NCBI RefSeq assembly: GCF_018977255.1
Contig: NW_024704752.1
Coordinates: 9,610,001 to 9,674,000, forward strand
DNA length: 64,000 bases
Reading direction: 5' to 3'
From: Callorhinchus milii
Taxonomy: Eukaryota
The notes under the pieces are model-generated. The model worked only from the letters and a program-made list of their open reading frames with translations, was not told the origin of the DNA and ran no database searches. This document shows, piece after piece, positions 45,201 to 59,157 of this stretch; the stretch's first letter is position 1, and every line of letters begins with the position of its first letter. The position numbers and the translations under genes were made by a program.

Positions 45201-47706
45201 ACCCCTTCTTTAGGAAAGGAAAATGATTGACATAACATTAACTGTTGTAGACAGATCCATTGGAAGAAAACAGTATAAATACAGTACTACACTTCAGGTT
45301 TGCTTGAAGCTAGTTTCCCCCTGTTGATTCCAACCCTAGCTAGGGTACAAACCCTTCACTGTGCCTTGGGACATTATTCCAATGTGGAATGCATTATATA
45401 AATGCAATTTGTAGTTGTTGTTTCTGTTTGTTTGATATGGATTGTGCATTTCCCTAACCCAAAGGTGCTTAACCTAACCTTGGAGAGTTTAGGTATAGGC
45501 TGATAAGAGCCAAGACTTGAGGATTCCAGTGAGATTTTGCTGGAGTTTAATCAGCTGAAAGAAACCGCACAGTTTACCACTGAGAACACTGACAAACTTG
45601 TCCAGCTAAATCCATCCTCCTGTTAGGGCTTTGCCTTTCAAGTTAACAAGAGCTGAGTTGGAAAAATCCCAGCCCTTAGTTATGGGCCAGGATGCAATCC
45701 ATTTACAAGCCAAGCTGGTCAGTCATCAACAGTGCTGTGGAATACTACAGACCTGCCTGGCTCAGGAACTGGACTACTGAGACAATCACAGATCAACTGG
45801 CTTCCGATATTTTATTGCCAGGTATGTCATCTTGATCTCAGATTGACCACAAGAGTTATCTCCGCACCCCTTTCCATGGTAGTGCATGTTATAAGTAAGT
45901 AAAGAGTGTCAGAACATACTGTCAAGTTTACTACAGCTCGTGTACAATTTAGTGCTCGGAGTAACTGGCAGAACACTCATTGATGTAGTATTGTCATGGA
46001 AGTCAGTATGATAGAAGTATCAGTGCTTCAGTGTATGTAGATCTATTTGCATACTCAAGGTGTACTCTGCAAGAGATATGCTGCAGCCTGCACTGCAACA
46101 CATTTATTTTTATTTGCCTTACCATTTTTGGCATTCTGCTTCCAACCAATGAATTAAATCCTGCTTTCAATTTGTGGACTTTCTCCACTGGACTGCAATA
46201 ATACCATTTAAATCTGGCACACTGATAAAAGCGAGTTAACAACTCCTCTTCCCCCTGAAATTGTCACTGTTACATCTATTTTAATACAGATCAGGAGGAG
46301 CTCACGGGTTTGAACTTTATCTCCAATCAGATAGCCAATTTGAGTTGGAATTTTAGCGTTGTAATTAATCCCAGCATCCTGGTGCTGGAGAGACTCCTGT
46401 CCTCTATCCAGCTTTGGCATCCCCCCCTCAATATACACAAACATGCACACACACACTGCTAGCTGTGACCATGATAGGTGGATTTGGTTCACTACCCCTA
46501 TGAATGAATGGATTGCTTACACTCACTGTCAGTGTTCATAAACCAAGATTAACATCTTGCTGAGATATCAGACGAATTAGGTCTATGGACCTGTACCCCA
46601 GTACGAGTCATTGCCTTTGACGCAGATGGATACATAAAGGGAAATATTCTTGAATTTAGTGGCTGTTTTGTTGACACACATGAAGCTTCGGGGAGGCACT
46701 TCTGCAATAGGATGCATATAGAGTGGCCAGAACAACCCAGCTCATGGTGCCACAAGTGGAACCAGCAGTGTTGATGCTACTCTTGGGGACTGTAACATGG
46801 AGCTCACTTAACACTTGCTTCGACAAACTCACGTCCTGTAGTGTTTTTGAAACAAGGGGAATAGAAAATGTAACCATGGAATTGACTTATCTGTCCATAA
46901 TTTTACATAATTGTATAGTAATTTGCCTTTGTTACTATAATTAAATGTACATGAATAGGGATTTCACCTCCAAGGGATGCAACAGTTCACATTAGTATTC
47001 AATTATTAGAGCTTTTGCTTTACAGTTTGAGTCGAAATAGATTTTAAAAAATCAGTCCTGAAGCATGTATACAATATTTCATCTTTTTAATTGTTGCAAT
47101 GGAATCTCTTCAACTCCCAAAGGTCGAGTTCCTTTGCCAGACCAAGTTCACCTTGAGGAAGTCTGTGGCATTTTCTGTCCTAGCAAAACATTTGTTCTAT
47201 CACCTCCAGTAGACTGTTGAGTTGTCAGTTGTAAATAGCAGTATCAAAGATAGGAGTCCTCTTCTCTTCACTGCAGTGTAATATCACACCATGTCTTTGC
47301 ACATTTTTTATACTGTAGTATGTAAATCTAAACATGGATAGACATGGCTCATAAAATAACTGTTTGAAATGCAGAACAAAATTGTTCAGGATTCCATGGC
47401 TTTGTACTTCATTTTATAAATTACATCAATGTTAATGTTTCTAATAGGATAAGCCGTCTATGGCATGTCACATGGGATTTTACAGGAGTCCAAGTGCATT
47501 CAATTCAACCCCCTAAATAATGGCATCCAAAACCTATTCAGCCTGGGATGATGTACTGTAAACAACTATTAAAGTAACGTACCACAAAGATTATTATGCA
47601 ATCTTCAAACATTTACCGGGTAAAGCTTTGATCCACGAGCTCGATCCCTGCACGCTGCAGATTTTAAATTGTTGGTATTGTTTCCCTCCCCACCACATAC
47701 CCCCTT

Positions 47707-50700
47707 TTATACATAGCTCACGGCCTCTTCCGCTTTCTCCATTTCATTCTCAGCAAGCAGCAATGTGTCTAACATTACTGATGATGTGGTTTGGATAGGA
47801 GCAGACCTCAGCCGCAGAGGACTTGGATACATTGGGTTCAGCCCATTGTGTCTCATGAAGAACCTGGAATTCTCATTCATGGAAGTTCGAAATGAGATTC
47901 GACTGGAGCATTTTCTAAGCATTTTCACCGGTTTATTTCTTGCATAGTTGCATGTAATGTAATGCTGGAAAGCCTGGCGGAAGGTCTTATTGAAAAGAGT
48001 GTAGACAAGAGGATTAACCCCTGAGGAGACATAACCTACCCAGACAAAGATTTCCATCAGGGTTCCGATGAGTTCTGGGTCACAGCTCTTGCAGAGCACA
48101 GAAGTGACGTTTGTTACAAAAAAGGGGCACCACATCACCAAAAACAGGAGGAATACAATTCCTAGAACTTTGGATGCTCGCTGCTCATTGCTGATGCTCT
48201 GCATAGACTTTTTACCCAAGGTGGAGAGTCTTCTGATAGGCATGTCGTCAGTGGAGAGGGAAAGTGTCCTGTCCTTGTGGGAGCCATTTAGCATTGCCAC
48301 CTTCTCTGGCGACGTGTTGGATTGAAAGACCGTTGAGACAGTGGCCCAGTTGAAGTGTTGGGGTGGCTTTGCTTTAATCAGATAGGCTTTCTTCCTCAGC
48401 ACTTGAATTGTCAGGAAGTAAATAACGATCATGATAGCAAGGGGAATGAAAAATGCAGCCATTGATCCATAGATGATGAAATCTTTGAATTTATCAATTT
48501 TGAGGATGCAGGACTTGTTCATGAAGGTGTTTGTTTTATCTTGCAGACCTTTGATGGGAATTGAAACAGCAATGCCTGAATAAGACAATTATTTGGAATA
48601 TGTTAATTGTTTATAAGCTGTTTTAAACGATTATTGATGCTGATCATGTAAGCAATACATTTGCTACGTAACACTTCTAAACTGGAGGTTATCAGTCTGT
48701 TAATTAAAAAATAAAAAATCAGTCACTCAATCCACGACTGTTTGTGGGACACTGCTGTACACAATTGGCTGCCATGTTTCGCCCACAAAATATAGTCAAT
48801 TAACTTTACAGTATATTCTGTGAAGCACGTTGAGACTCTTGAAGACGTGATAAGGTGCTATATCAAATGAAGGATTATTATTATTACAAATTAGGTGGGA
48901 GTTTGCCTGTATGGTACCTGAATAAAACCTCTTTGAGTGTAAACTGTGTGCAGTCAGTAACTGAGAGCTAAAAGGAACTAAAAAAGGTTCCAGGCTAAAT
49001 GTGTTGCATTTAGACCACATTTATGAAATTATATTTGGAAAGTCTCTCAATCACTGAAAACTTCTTCACCCTCCACCACAACCCCCCCCCATGATTTGCC
49101 CACTTCTAAACGCTCTCTGTGAGTCTGATGATTTGCATGCCTGGTATTGGTTTAATGATTTTCTTTCAAAAATCTAAATAATGTATTGCTATGGTATATA
49201 TTGTATTTGTTTTAGGATTGTTGTCGTGCGCATATAAGTTTGGGCTCTGTTGCTGAGATACACATTCAGAGGCATGAATCCAGTACTTGCCAATTGAGAT
49301 GAGCCACACCACAGTGATCTTAATGAGAACCTTGGCCCTAGAGTTGAAGCGACTGTGATGAATAGGCTTTTTAATAGCAATGTAACGGTCCAGCGAGATT
49401 GCACACAGGTGCATGATGGAGGCTGTGGATAGAAGGATATCCAGGAAGATCCAGATAGGGCACAGCTCAGAGGGTAAAACCCATTCGGAATCTGAAAGGC
49501 AGATTAATTGGTTAATACGCATGGTGATGTTAGTGAAGATTACAATAATACTCTTTGCAATACAATGATTACAATAATACCATAACATTTGCTTTTCGTT
49601 CAGTTTGAGCTGTTTTTCTCTTGCCATTGCTTCTAAGGCACTATTCTGTTGTCAAAATGAGATCATCCCAGTTGCTAAATACTAAATTCTCATTGTGTTT
49701 CCATGTGGTATAAAATTTATATCCTGTATAACTTATTTCCTGTTTTAAACTGTTTCAAACTGCGTTTAGAATTGACCTTTGCTTGGTTCTGCCAATCGAT
49801 AGTAATCAGTGAGCACTAGCCGGTGTATTCTCTCTTTCCTTGGCAACGCTCCATTTGTAAGGTTATCAAACAAATACACTGTAGTCCTGTCATGGGAAAT
49901 TGACTGATTGATGAGTGTGTTTTTAAAATGCTTCCTTAACCTTCCACTGACTAAAGTAGATTAAGAAGTCAGCTCTACTGCAGCAATAAACACTATGGCA
50001 GATGGAGATTTGCTATGTAATATAAGCCAGATGTTTTCCTTTAAATTTTAACCCACTGAGCCACATGGTCAAAATTATCACAAACTTACTTCCTCAGACG
50101 AACAAAAATGTTGCAAATAGGGCTTTCAAGAGGTGTGTGCAGAGTTGACTTTGAGACAGTGGAGATGAGGAAATATAGCAAAAATGAAGCTGATCAATAA
50201 AGTGCTCAACTCCCAATACAATCATTTGAGCAATGGTTAATTCCACAGGCAGAGATCAAAATTAAATTTCAACACCAGATTAGTGATTTTACCATGTCCA
50301 ATTTACAGTTAGTTCTGGTCGGTGCTCAAGCTAAATGAGACATGCACTGTTTTCTGAAGCATGACCCTGTCTTTAATATGCTACAAGTTAGTGAAATGCA
50401 GCCCTTATTCAGATATTGATATTCTTTGGCTACTTTATAAGAAGCTCTGGGAATACAATACAAAATTACATTTGTATAGAGCCTTTCGCATCGGGAGGAC
50501 ATCCCAAGGCGATTATCTATCAGAGTGGAAGCTGGACTGTTTTACTTCCTTGCTATGCTCATCTGAAATCCAGTTGAAATTTTGCCGAGTAGTGTGCCTT
50601 GAATCCAGAACAAAAATGTAAGCAAGACTTTTATTTCAAGTTTCAAATTAAACTTGAAACAGTTAATGTGTGTGTAAATAAATGTTGGGAATAAACTTCC

Positions 50701-53700
50701 AGTGTTGCTGGTCATTCATGGATTGAAAGAGTCACATTTATTGCTTGAAAAAATATAATTCAAGCTTTGCAGCTGCAATTAGGTTAGTCGTTTTTTTCTA
50801 TTATTTTCCAAATATTTTAAAAAGGATTTGTCTATTTAAAATAGAATAATTTGTATCACTGCTGACCCAAACCCCAGTCATTCAGTGGAATTAAACACAG
50901 GCTTTGGGTGTCTTTTTAAAATAAATTAACAGTGAAATCAAATTTGAAACCCTTATTGCTTGAATATTTGATTCCCTCAGTAATCAATCATTGTAGTTGC
51001 CCTGGTCATTTTAAGTAGTTGAAGTCTTGAGTTCTGTAATTTAGTGGTTCATCTGGTAATTTACTTTATTTTATAGATCGTATGGGGGTCATTGTTGGGT
51101 TATCTGTGATGTCCACATATCCCAAGTGACTTTCAAGCTGGTCCTAACCAATAGTATGGATGCACATTAAATATACATATATATAAAATTACAATCATAC
51201 AGAATAATATCAACTGCTGAATAAGGAAATAATCCTCATCAGTAATGATTCATGTATGTTAATCCGAAGTGGAATAAGATGGATATTCTTCTTTCGCTCT
51301 GTGTGTTGCTTATGCAGGAGTAGTAAAATCTTTGTTTTTGTATAACTGGTATTCTGGTTTCTGGGTGGGTTACTACCACCAGGAAAGATGTTTGTTTTGC
51401 CAATTTAGTTGTAGACTCACTCTTTCCACCCTGTTGGAAATTGTCTGAGGGATTGTAAAAGACCTTAAACTCCACTTTCATGACATTCATGAAGTTAGAA
51501 GTATTAATCTTTGTAACAGAGTTCCAAAACAAATAGAGGCAGAATTTGTTAGTTGTTTTATGGAAGCATATGCTGCCATTGTCTCATACAGTGAGTTGTA
51601 AAGATGGTGCTGAATATTAGTTATATCAGCACTTAGGGAGTGAGATGTTTGAACAGCAAGATAGTTTGTACTGCACTAGAATGTGTTAAATTCTGGTTAA
51701 GGAAATAAAATGACAGTTGTTTAAATCAAAGTGCTTGAATTACTTCTGAGGTGAGAGATTTTAATTATGGTATGTTTCCATTGGGTACTATATGATTTCT
51801 TTTTTAAAAAAAGACTACAATGTGCACATTGCAAGTACATTTCTGATCTTTACTAAACCCATTTGACCTGGGTTTCTCTGCTAAAGGAACATTGTGGTTT
51901 TATTTTATGAAATGTGCAGGCTTTATTAAGCCAAAGGAGTTGAAGATCAACATTTGGCTTCAGCTATTTATAAAATTGACGGAGCGTTTTTGGTTTGTAT
52001 GAATAGGTTCCCTTTCCTGATTGGGTTTGAAAGAAATTCGGGACAGTAATAATTTGTGAACACTAACTTATTTTAAAGATACAAGCACTTGCATTTATTA
52101 TTAACTTGTTCCTTTATACATGTTTATGTCTCTGTGGGTTGACTGGCTCTGCAAATTTTCAGCTTGTGCAATGCGATGCTGAAGAACAACTAATCTTACA
52201 AATATATGGTTAGAACAATGACTTGAAATACTTTACAAAAACAATTCCAGACATGGAGGGGGAAAGTGATCATAATGACTGATGAGGAAGTAGGTTTTCA
52301 GGTAGTTTTCAGCATGGAAGGAGTTCTAGAAGGTAGGATCATAATAACTGAAGATTTGACAATCATCTGGCGGAGGGATTGGGCAGGAGTTTGGCAAACG
52401 AAGGGGACAAACAGTAGAATGAACCTCGAGAAGATCACAAAAATAGGGAGATGCAAGGGTATGAAGGAATTTGTACATGGGGATGAGCATCTTGAAGTCT
52501 CCTGTACAATAACGTATGTAATTTTGTAAACTTGTTTTACATAGTAAAACAATTCTTACTATCTCATGTGTAAGTACACTTGATATTTTAAAAACAAAAT
52601 TAGAAAATGCACTATTTTTGAAGCCTTCTACTACTCCCTTTTCTTAAAATGTTAAAGAAATCAACAACTGATTTCACATGAATTACAGCATCCAGTATGC
52701 CACCCATTATCATCCCATTATCAAGCCCTTGAAGTCCTGTAGCTCAATGGTTAGAGCACTCGCTTTGCAAGCGAGAGACCTGAGTTCAATTCCAGGCAGA
52801 GGGCGAAACCTTGGGCAAGTTTCCTTGCTCCACACAGAGCCTAATAATAATCCCTCCAAAAACCAAAAACAATAATAAATTGGTCATTTTCATTCTACGA
52901 CTGTTTGTGGGACATTGCTGTGCGCAATTGGCTGCCGCGTTCGCCCACAAATATACAGTTAATTCACTTTACAGTGTGTTCTGTGAAGCGCTTTGGGACG
53001 TCCTCCCGACGTGAAAAGCGCTATATCAAATGCAAGGATTATTATTATTATTGAACAGTCTGAACTGAATGTTAACATTTGCTTGTGTGACATATTCACT
53101 CCATTCAGCCTGTGATTACATGTAATTTCCATATCATTTGGCGTGTTACAAATATAACTAATGACTATTCATATTGTGTTCTTTTGAAAGATTTCTAGAA
53201 ATATGTTGGCTCACGGTAAGCAAAAATGTATCTTGAGTTTATTCCAAAAAAGCCTTACATTTGATGCAGTGTTGCATTCATTATTCTTAGGAACGTATCA
53301 AGTATCCACTGAAATCTGTACTCCCGAATTAACTATTAACTATATTGGTGACACTGTCAGCAATGTGTTCAGACGAGGGATGATATAACCAATGGTTTCT
53401 GCTAGCAACAGGGAATTGCTGGACGTGAGCTATGATGGGCAAGAGTGGTGTCTTTTTTGAGTCCTAATAATAATCCTTACGCGCTTCACAGAATATACTG
53501 TAAAGTGAATTGACTGTATATTTTGTGTATGAAACACGGCAGCCAATTGCGCAAAGCAGTGTCCCACAAGCAGTCGTGGAATGAGTGACCAAATTATTAT
53601 TTATAATTTTTTAAATATTGTTTAAAGGAATTATTACCCCTGGAAAGCGATCTGCCAATCAACTAACAACTGAGTTCCTAATTAACTAAATAATTTCTAA

Positions 53701-56700
53701 TTAGCAGGAAACAGAAATACAGATTGGTGGACTGCTACATAGACTGGCTGAAGAGAGTATTTTGATTTACTGGTCTCATAATCATTTTCGTTTTGAGTTT
53801 TGTATCACCAAACATGCCTCTGTTTTAATGTGCTGCTATAGACCATGCAGCAACCTGCTTGTGGGATGGGGGCCATTGTGAGGTGGATATAGTGGAAGCC
53901 CAAACCGTGGTACTTCCCGCTTAGGCTGCGCTCTTTCTGACTCCGAAGGCACGCTAAATATGCCATGAAATGAATACCGCATCATTCAGGACGGTTGGTA
54001 CAAGGGAAATGGACATTTTGAAACCAGTAGAGAATTTCCCACATAGCACTAAAGACTGATGAGAGCAAAGACCAGGGTAGCACACCATTCCAACTGTGTG
54101 TTTTCTTGTACTGGGTGTTTATGAAGGGCTAGGTATTTGTTTTGAAGGTATTATGAGCTGCTTCCTAGAAATAAAGTGTTTTTATGACTGTTTGAAGCAA
54201 TGCTACCTGGGTGGTAGCTTGTTTTCAAGGTAATGTGAATCCATGTTCGCTCAGTTTTATTGAATAACAATTTTTTTCAGTTCTGTGTCCAACTGTTAGC
54301 TTTAAGGTAAATTATTAGAGCAAAGTAAAGGGAAGGGTTAGTGTTCAAATGGCATTAAATGATGTGGGATGGGGCTACTCCTGTTTTTTAAGGTTGGGTC
54401 ATTAAACAGTTCTTTGAGATGGAGAAAAGTGTTCAAGGCCACTGCAGTAAAAAGCTAGATTTATTCACATTACTCAATCCAAATGTGTGGGAATGCTGAT
54501 AAACAAACTAGTGGTTCCAAGACTTGCCCTGCTTGAAGGGCACTACATAAATACTAGTTGTTGTTTTAAAGTAAATGTTGTTAATCAGTTTTAGCTTCGT
54601 AAGTCGTAACCTGAATGACAAGTTCTGTCATTATATGTTCTACATTATTACTGGTTTTCAGTACTGGGGGATGCAAATCTGTTCATATTTACCAGTGTTG
54701 TCTATGGCTAGCCTATGGTGACCCTTCTCATTGAAGTTGAATGAGTTGATAGCACTCCTGCCTCTGAATAGGAAAGTTTTAAGTTCAAGCCCTACATTGG
54801 CCTTTGAACCCAGTCTAGGCTGACACTCCAATCCAGTGGGGTGTATTTTGTATGTATTGTCAAATGTGCTGTCCTTTGGATGAAATGTTAAACCACGGTT
54901 CTGTCTCCTTGCTCAAATGGATTGTAAAGATCCCATGGCACTACTTAACAAGAAAAAAGAGTTTCTCCTGATGTTCTGGCCAAGAATCCTCCACATAAAA
55001 TTGGCTATTCACCTTATGAGACATTGCTTGTATGCAAATTGCAAACACCTATAAATTACGATCACTACAGTTTATAGTAAATCCTGTGAACTGCTTTGAG
55101 ACATCCTCCCAGCATGATCAGTGCCATATCCAATACAAGAATTATTATTATTAATTTTACTTGAACTTGAAGCCCTCATGTCACAAGCACCATACGGAGC
55201 GGACCAAATGCTCAGATATTGCCTGCACCCTTCAAGCTAATTAGTAACCTGAATGACAACTTTCTTGCTTTTCAAAGTGACTTTCCTGTGTATTTGAAAT
55301 GTTCATTAGGGTTGGACACAGTTGCTAAGAATAGATGGTTAAAGGCTACTTGCTCATCAGGGCTTGCTCTCATTAAACCAGAGGCTGATTAACTATTAGC
55401 TTTATGTTTGTTTCTAATAAGTCACACTGGCTACGCAGATTCTGTTCTGAGTGCTGGAACGCTGTCTCCTTTGTGATACCCTACACCTAGTTATGCATGT
55501 GTGATAACAGCAACTTTATTTCCAAATTTTCCAACAATGAGACTTATTTCATACTTCTTTCTTTTGCCTCCCTACTGAGCTCTGCCTCCTCTCACTTCAC
55601 TTCTCCATCCCAACCAGTAATTTCAAGGGTCAGAGGTTGAGTTTTGATGTGGTATAGACCTAGATGAATCTGCTGTGCAGAGAAATTACTTGCTGTAATG
55701 CGATGTCACTTTGAGTTTAGTGCCTTTAACCGAGATGCTGTCCTTAGTGTCTTACCCTGAAACTCAGGCTGACCTTAGGGATGCTAGAGATGATGCAAGT
55801 TATGTGGCTGTGGGCAGATCTTGAGGATATCTTAATGAATGTAAGAACAACTTAAAAGGTCATTTGTTATAAAAAGTTTATAAGAATTGGTTTTACAGAT
55901 TTAACACTATGTTGGATTCTTCTGTAAGTTGTCCTTTCAGAATCGATGGGTTTTATAATTTGAGTACCAATTAATTTTGACGACTAATTCAAGCTTGCTT
56001 CAACACCAGTTGTCAGCCACTTTGCCCTTGGTTTCTGGAATTCTCTCTCCAAATTCCTCCAAGACCAGAGTCCCACTCCGTCTCTGTGTACTTACCTCTG
56101 TAATGCAGCTTAATGATAATAATAATCCTTGCATTTGATATAGACCTTATCACTTCTTAGAGACATCTCATAGCACTTCACAGAATATATTGTAAAGTGG
56201 AATGAAAGTATGTTGTGGGCGAAACATTTTCAGACATTCCTATCTGAAGACCATCAGGTAAGTACAGTTTGATCATCCACAAGATTTCTATCAAATATGT
56301 TTCTATGGACTGAGCTCAATTTGCTCCTGCCAGTCACTGAAGATTTTTTTTATTTTCGTTTGGACATGAATTTATTTCTGTATTAGCTTCGTAGCAGTTT
56401 TTAAAATGTGGGCATTCAGCCTCCTTTCTCTCTCTTGCTTTGCCTCTCTTATTTGTAAGTGCAAAATTCCTGATTCTGGAACAGATGTGTGACAGTCCAA
56501 TACCTGAACAAGATTAATTGGTTAACTATTTCTGATTAGGCATTGTGGATATTTTCTACCTGAGAGAACAGCATTTTCTATTTGTTAATAATAATAATAA
56601 TCCTTGCATTTGATACAGCGCTTTTCACGTCTTCTAGACGTCTCAAAGCGCTTCACAAAATATACTGTAAAGTGAATTCACTGTATATTTGTGGGTGAAA

Positions 56701-59157
56701 CCGGCAGCCAATTGCGCACAGCAGTGTCCCACAAACAGTCGTGGATTGAGTGACCAAATTACTATTTATTTATTGAATTTTATTGAGGGATTATTATCAG
56801 GCATGTGGAGTAAGGAAACTTGCCCAAGGTTTCGCCCTGCTGGGAGTTAAACCCACGTCTCTCGCTTGCGAGGCAACTGCTCTCACCACTGAGCTACAGG
56901 ACTCCATGTCATGACCCGAATGCAGACCCACTGAGTATTTAAGAAGCCTAAGCTTGTGCTATCTTTGGGAATATTCACCTTTTAAACTGCCCATTTGTAG
57001 GCTCTTGTACTGTGATCACAAATAAAATATAACTAAATTGCTTCCCTCCCAAAGACAAGTTTTTTTTAAATCTGAGAAAGGGAAAATTAGCTGCATAGCA
57101 CAATTGATGTGTATTGATGTGCCCTTCTAGGAGACTGGTTTCACCAAACGGGAGGATTTACAGATCAAACTGTTTGCCTACAAATCTAAAGTCACTGCCA
57201 TTCATCGGAAATCCTGTAAAGCGCTTTGAGACATTTCAACAAGATGATGAGGTGCTATATGAATTGCAATGGCTATTACAAACTTGAAGGCAGATTAAGA
57301 TGGAGTAATTTTAATATAATGAAAACTTGGAATCCAGTAAATTGCAGAGTTTAATGACTCTTTCCATAGCAGGACAGCACCTTTATCTAATAAAATTAGC
57401 AACTTAACAGCTAATATGGTAATTAGGTCTGACACTGGAGTATGAAGCTGTCCAAGTGTATTCTGTTGGGGGTTTATGCTGAATGGCAGTTAAACATTGT
57501 TTTGGTGTTTTTCTCTATTAGCTGGCCTGGAGTATGTATTGTATGACCCCGCATTTGCAATAATAGAAAACTGCTGTGAAGTTTTCTTTCTGGAAGAGAC
57601 GAGTAGAAATATAGGAAGAGATGCTGAATATGGTGCCTCTTGTTTTGCATCACACCTGCTGAAGAACCTTAGAAAGTGACTACAGAATAGGAGGCCATTC
57701 GGCCCATCGTGCCTTTGCTGCCTCTGAAAGAGCTACCTTTTTAGTCCCATTCTCCTGCCTATTTCCTGTATCTCTCTATATTTCTGCTTTTCATATATTC
57801 ATCTAATTCTTTCTTAAAAGCTAATATGGCTTGTACCTCAATGACTGTTCCAGGTTGGGCATTCCACATAATAATCCTTGCATTTGATATAGCGCTTTTC
57901 ACGTCGAGAGGACGTCCCAAAGCGCTTCACAGAACACACTGTAAAATGAATTGACTGTATATTTGTGGGCGAACGCGGCAGCCAATTGCGCACAGCAATG
58001 TCCCACAAACAGTCGTAGATTGAAACTGACCAATTTATTATTGTTTTTGGTTTTGGAGGGATTATTATTAGGCTCTGTGTGGAGTAAGGAAACTTGCCCA
58101 AGGTTTCGCCCTCTGCCTGGAATTGACCTCAGGTCTCTCGCTTGCAAAACGAGTGCTATAACCACTGAGCTACAGGACTCCACAATCCCAACAATCCTCA
58201 GTGTAACAACATTTCTCCAACCTCTCTTGTTTTGCTCGTTTGATAATGTATCTCAAATCTATGCCCTCTAGCTATTAACTTAATAAACAGAAAAAAAATT
58301 CTTTCCTATTTATGTTGTCAAAATCTTTCATAATCTTAAATCTGTGGTAACAATTTTGAAACTACTTTAGAAGAAAAAAATCAGATATAGAATTTGATAA
58401 AAGATGGATGAGCAGTTCTATTGGGAAGGACACGTGAGTGATTTTAAGTAGTTTAAATCAGCAACTCCTGAACAAGAAAATCATTACTCAAATTGCCTGA
58501 ATACAATGCTTTATATTCTTATTCCAAAGGTTTATTCACCTAGACAGGTTGTGTTTCATATAAAGGACTTGGTATATGATTGAAACACAATTTGGGATTT
58601 GTGACTCAATTAGTACGTGGGTTGCATTGCGATACTGACTCCAGCTTGCAATCCTATCGTGTTTAATAAAGTAATATTGAATGAGACTTACTGAACAGAA
58701 TGTTTAGAAGAGCGACCGGCATCACCAGCAGTCCAACCAACATGTCCGCTGCCGCGAGTGACATGAGAAAGTAGTTAGTGGCGTTCTGGAGTTTCTTCTC
58801 CAGAGACACTGCTAAAATAACAAGTATATTCCCTCCGATTGTTGGTATGATGATCATTAGAATCAGAAGCGCTGCCCACTGCAGCCCATTCTTGTGCAAC
58901 TGCTCGCCTTTTAAAAATCCTGAGTCCAGAAGTGAAGGGAATTTGGACTCTTCCGTGATTGTCAGATATAAGGTTGTGTTGATTCCAGAGGTGTTGAAGG
59001 GCTGGATTAGAGACTCCTGCATCCTGTCGATGGCCAGCATGCTGGTGGAGTCTGGTGGGTTGGACAAGATGTTACCGGCTGAACCAGACATTGTATTCTG
59101 AAGGCTGATACTTGTCCCTCTTGTTGGTTTTGGAGACTCGAGAGGATCAGGCAGCAT
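47707..59157 (-). CDS. HTR2B: 5-hydroxytryptamine (serotonin) receptor 2B nested antisense in PSMD1 intron 16; coding exons 59157-58692, 49491-49291, 48575-47707
   Basis: Class A GPCR motifs are present: [77 protein letters not shown] and [12 protein letters not shown]. The C-terminal VSYV is characteristic of 2B, and the nesting matches human. Start Met is uncertain (59157, 59091, or upstream 59739). Confidence 0.97.
52733..53050 (+). mobile_element. Full-length young tRNA(Ala)-derived SINE
   Basis: Almost identical to 38178-38506; flanked by TTGAA on both sides (probable TSD). Confidence 0.94.
54745..55152 (+). mobile_element. Degenerate near-full-length Deu-domain SINE
   Basis: GTTCAAGCCC B-box, TCTAGGCTGACACTCCA, AAAGATCCCATGGCACTA core and GCTTTGAGACATCCTCCC...ATTATTATT tail. 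Confidence 0.7.
56587..56905 (-). mobile_element. Full-length SINE, second subfamily
   Basis: Same head, core and tail as the young copies, but the anticodon loop reads CTCGCAA and the middle differs (GACTCACTCAATCCACGACTG type). Confidence 0.92.
57869..58181 (-). mobile_element. Full-length young SINE inserted into an old CR1 3' fragment (about 57678-58340)
   Basis: Reverse complement of the 52733 copy with CCACA on both flanks. Flanks carry CR1-like GGAGGCCATTCGGCCCATCG and GCATTCCACA|ATCCCAACAATCCTC. Confidence 0.92.
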
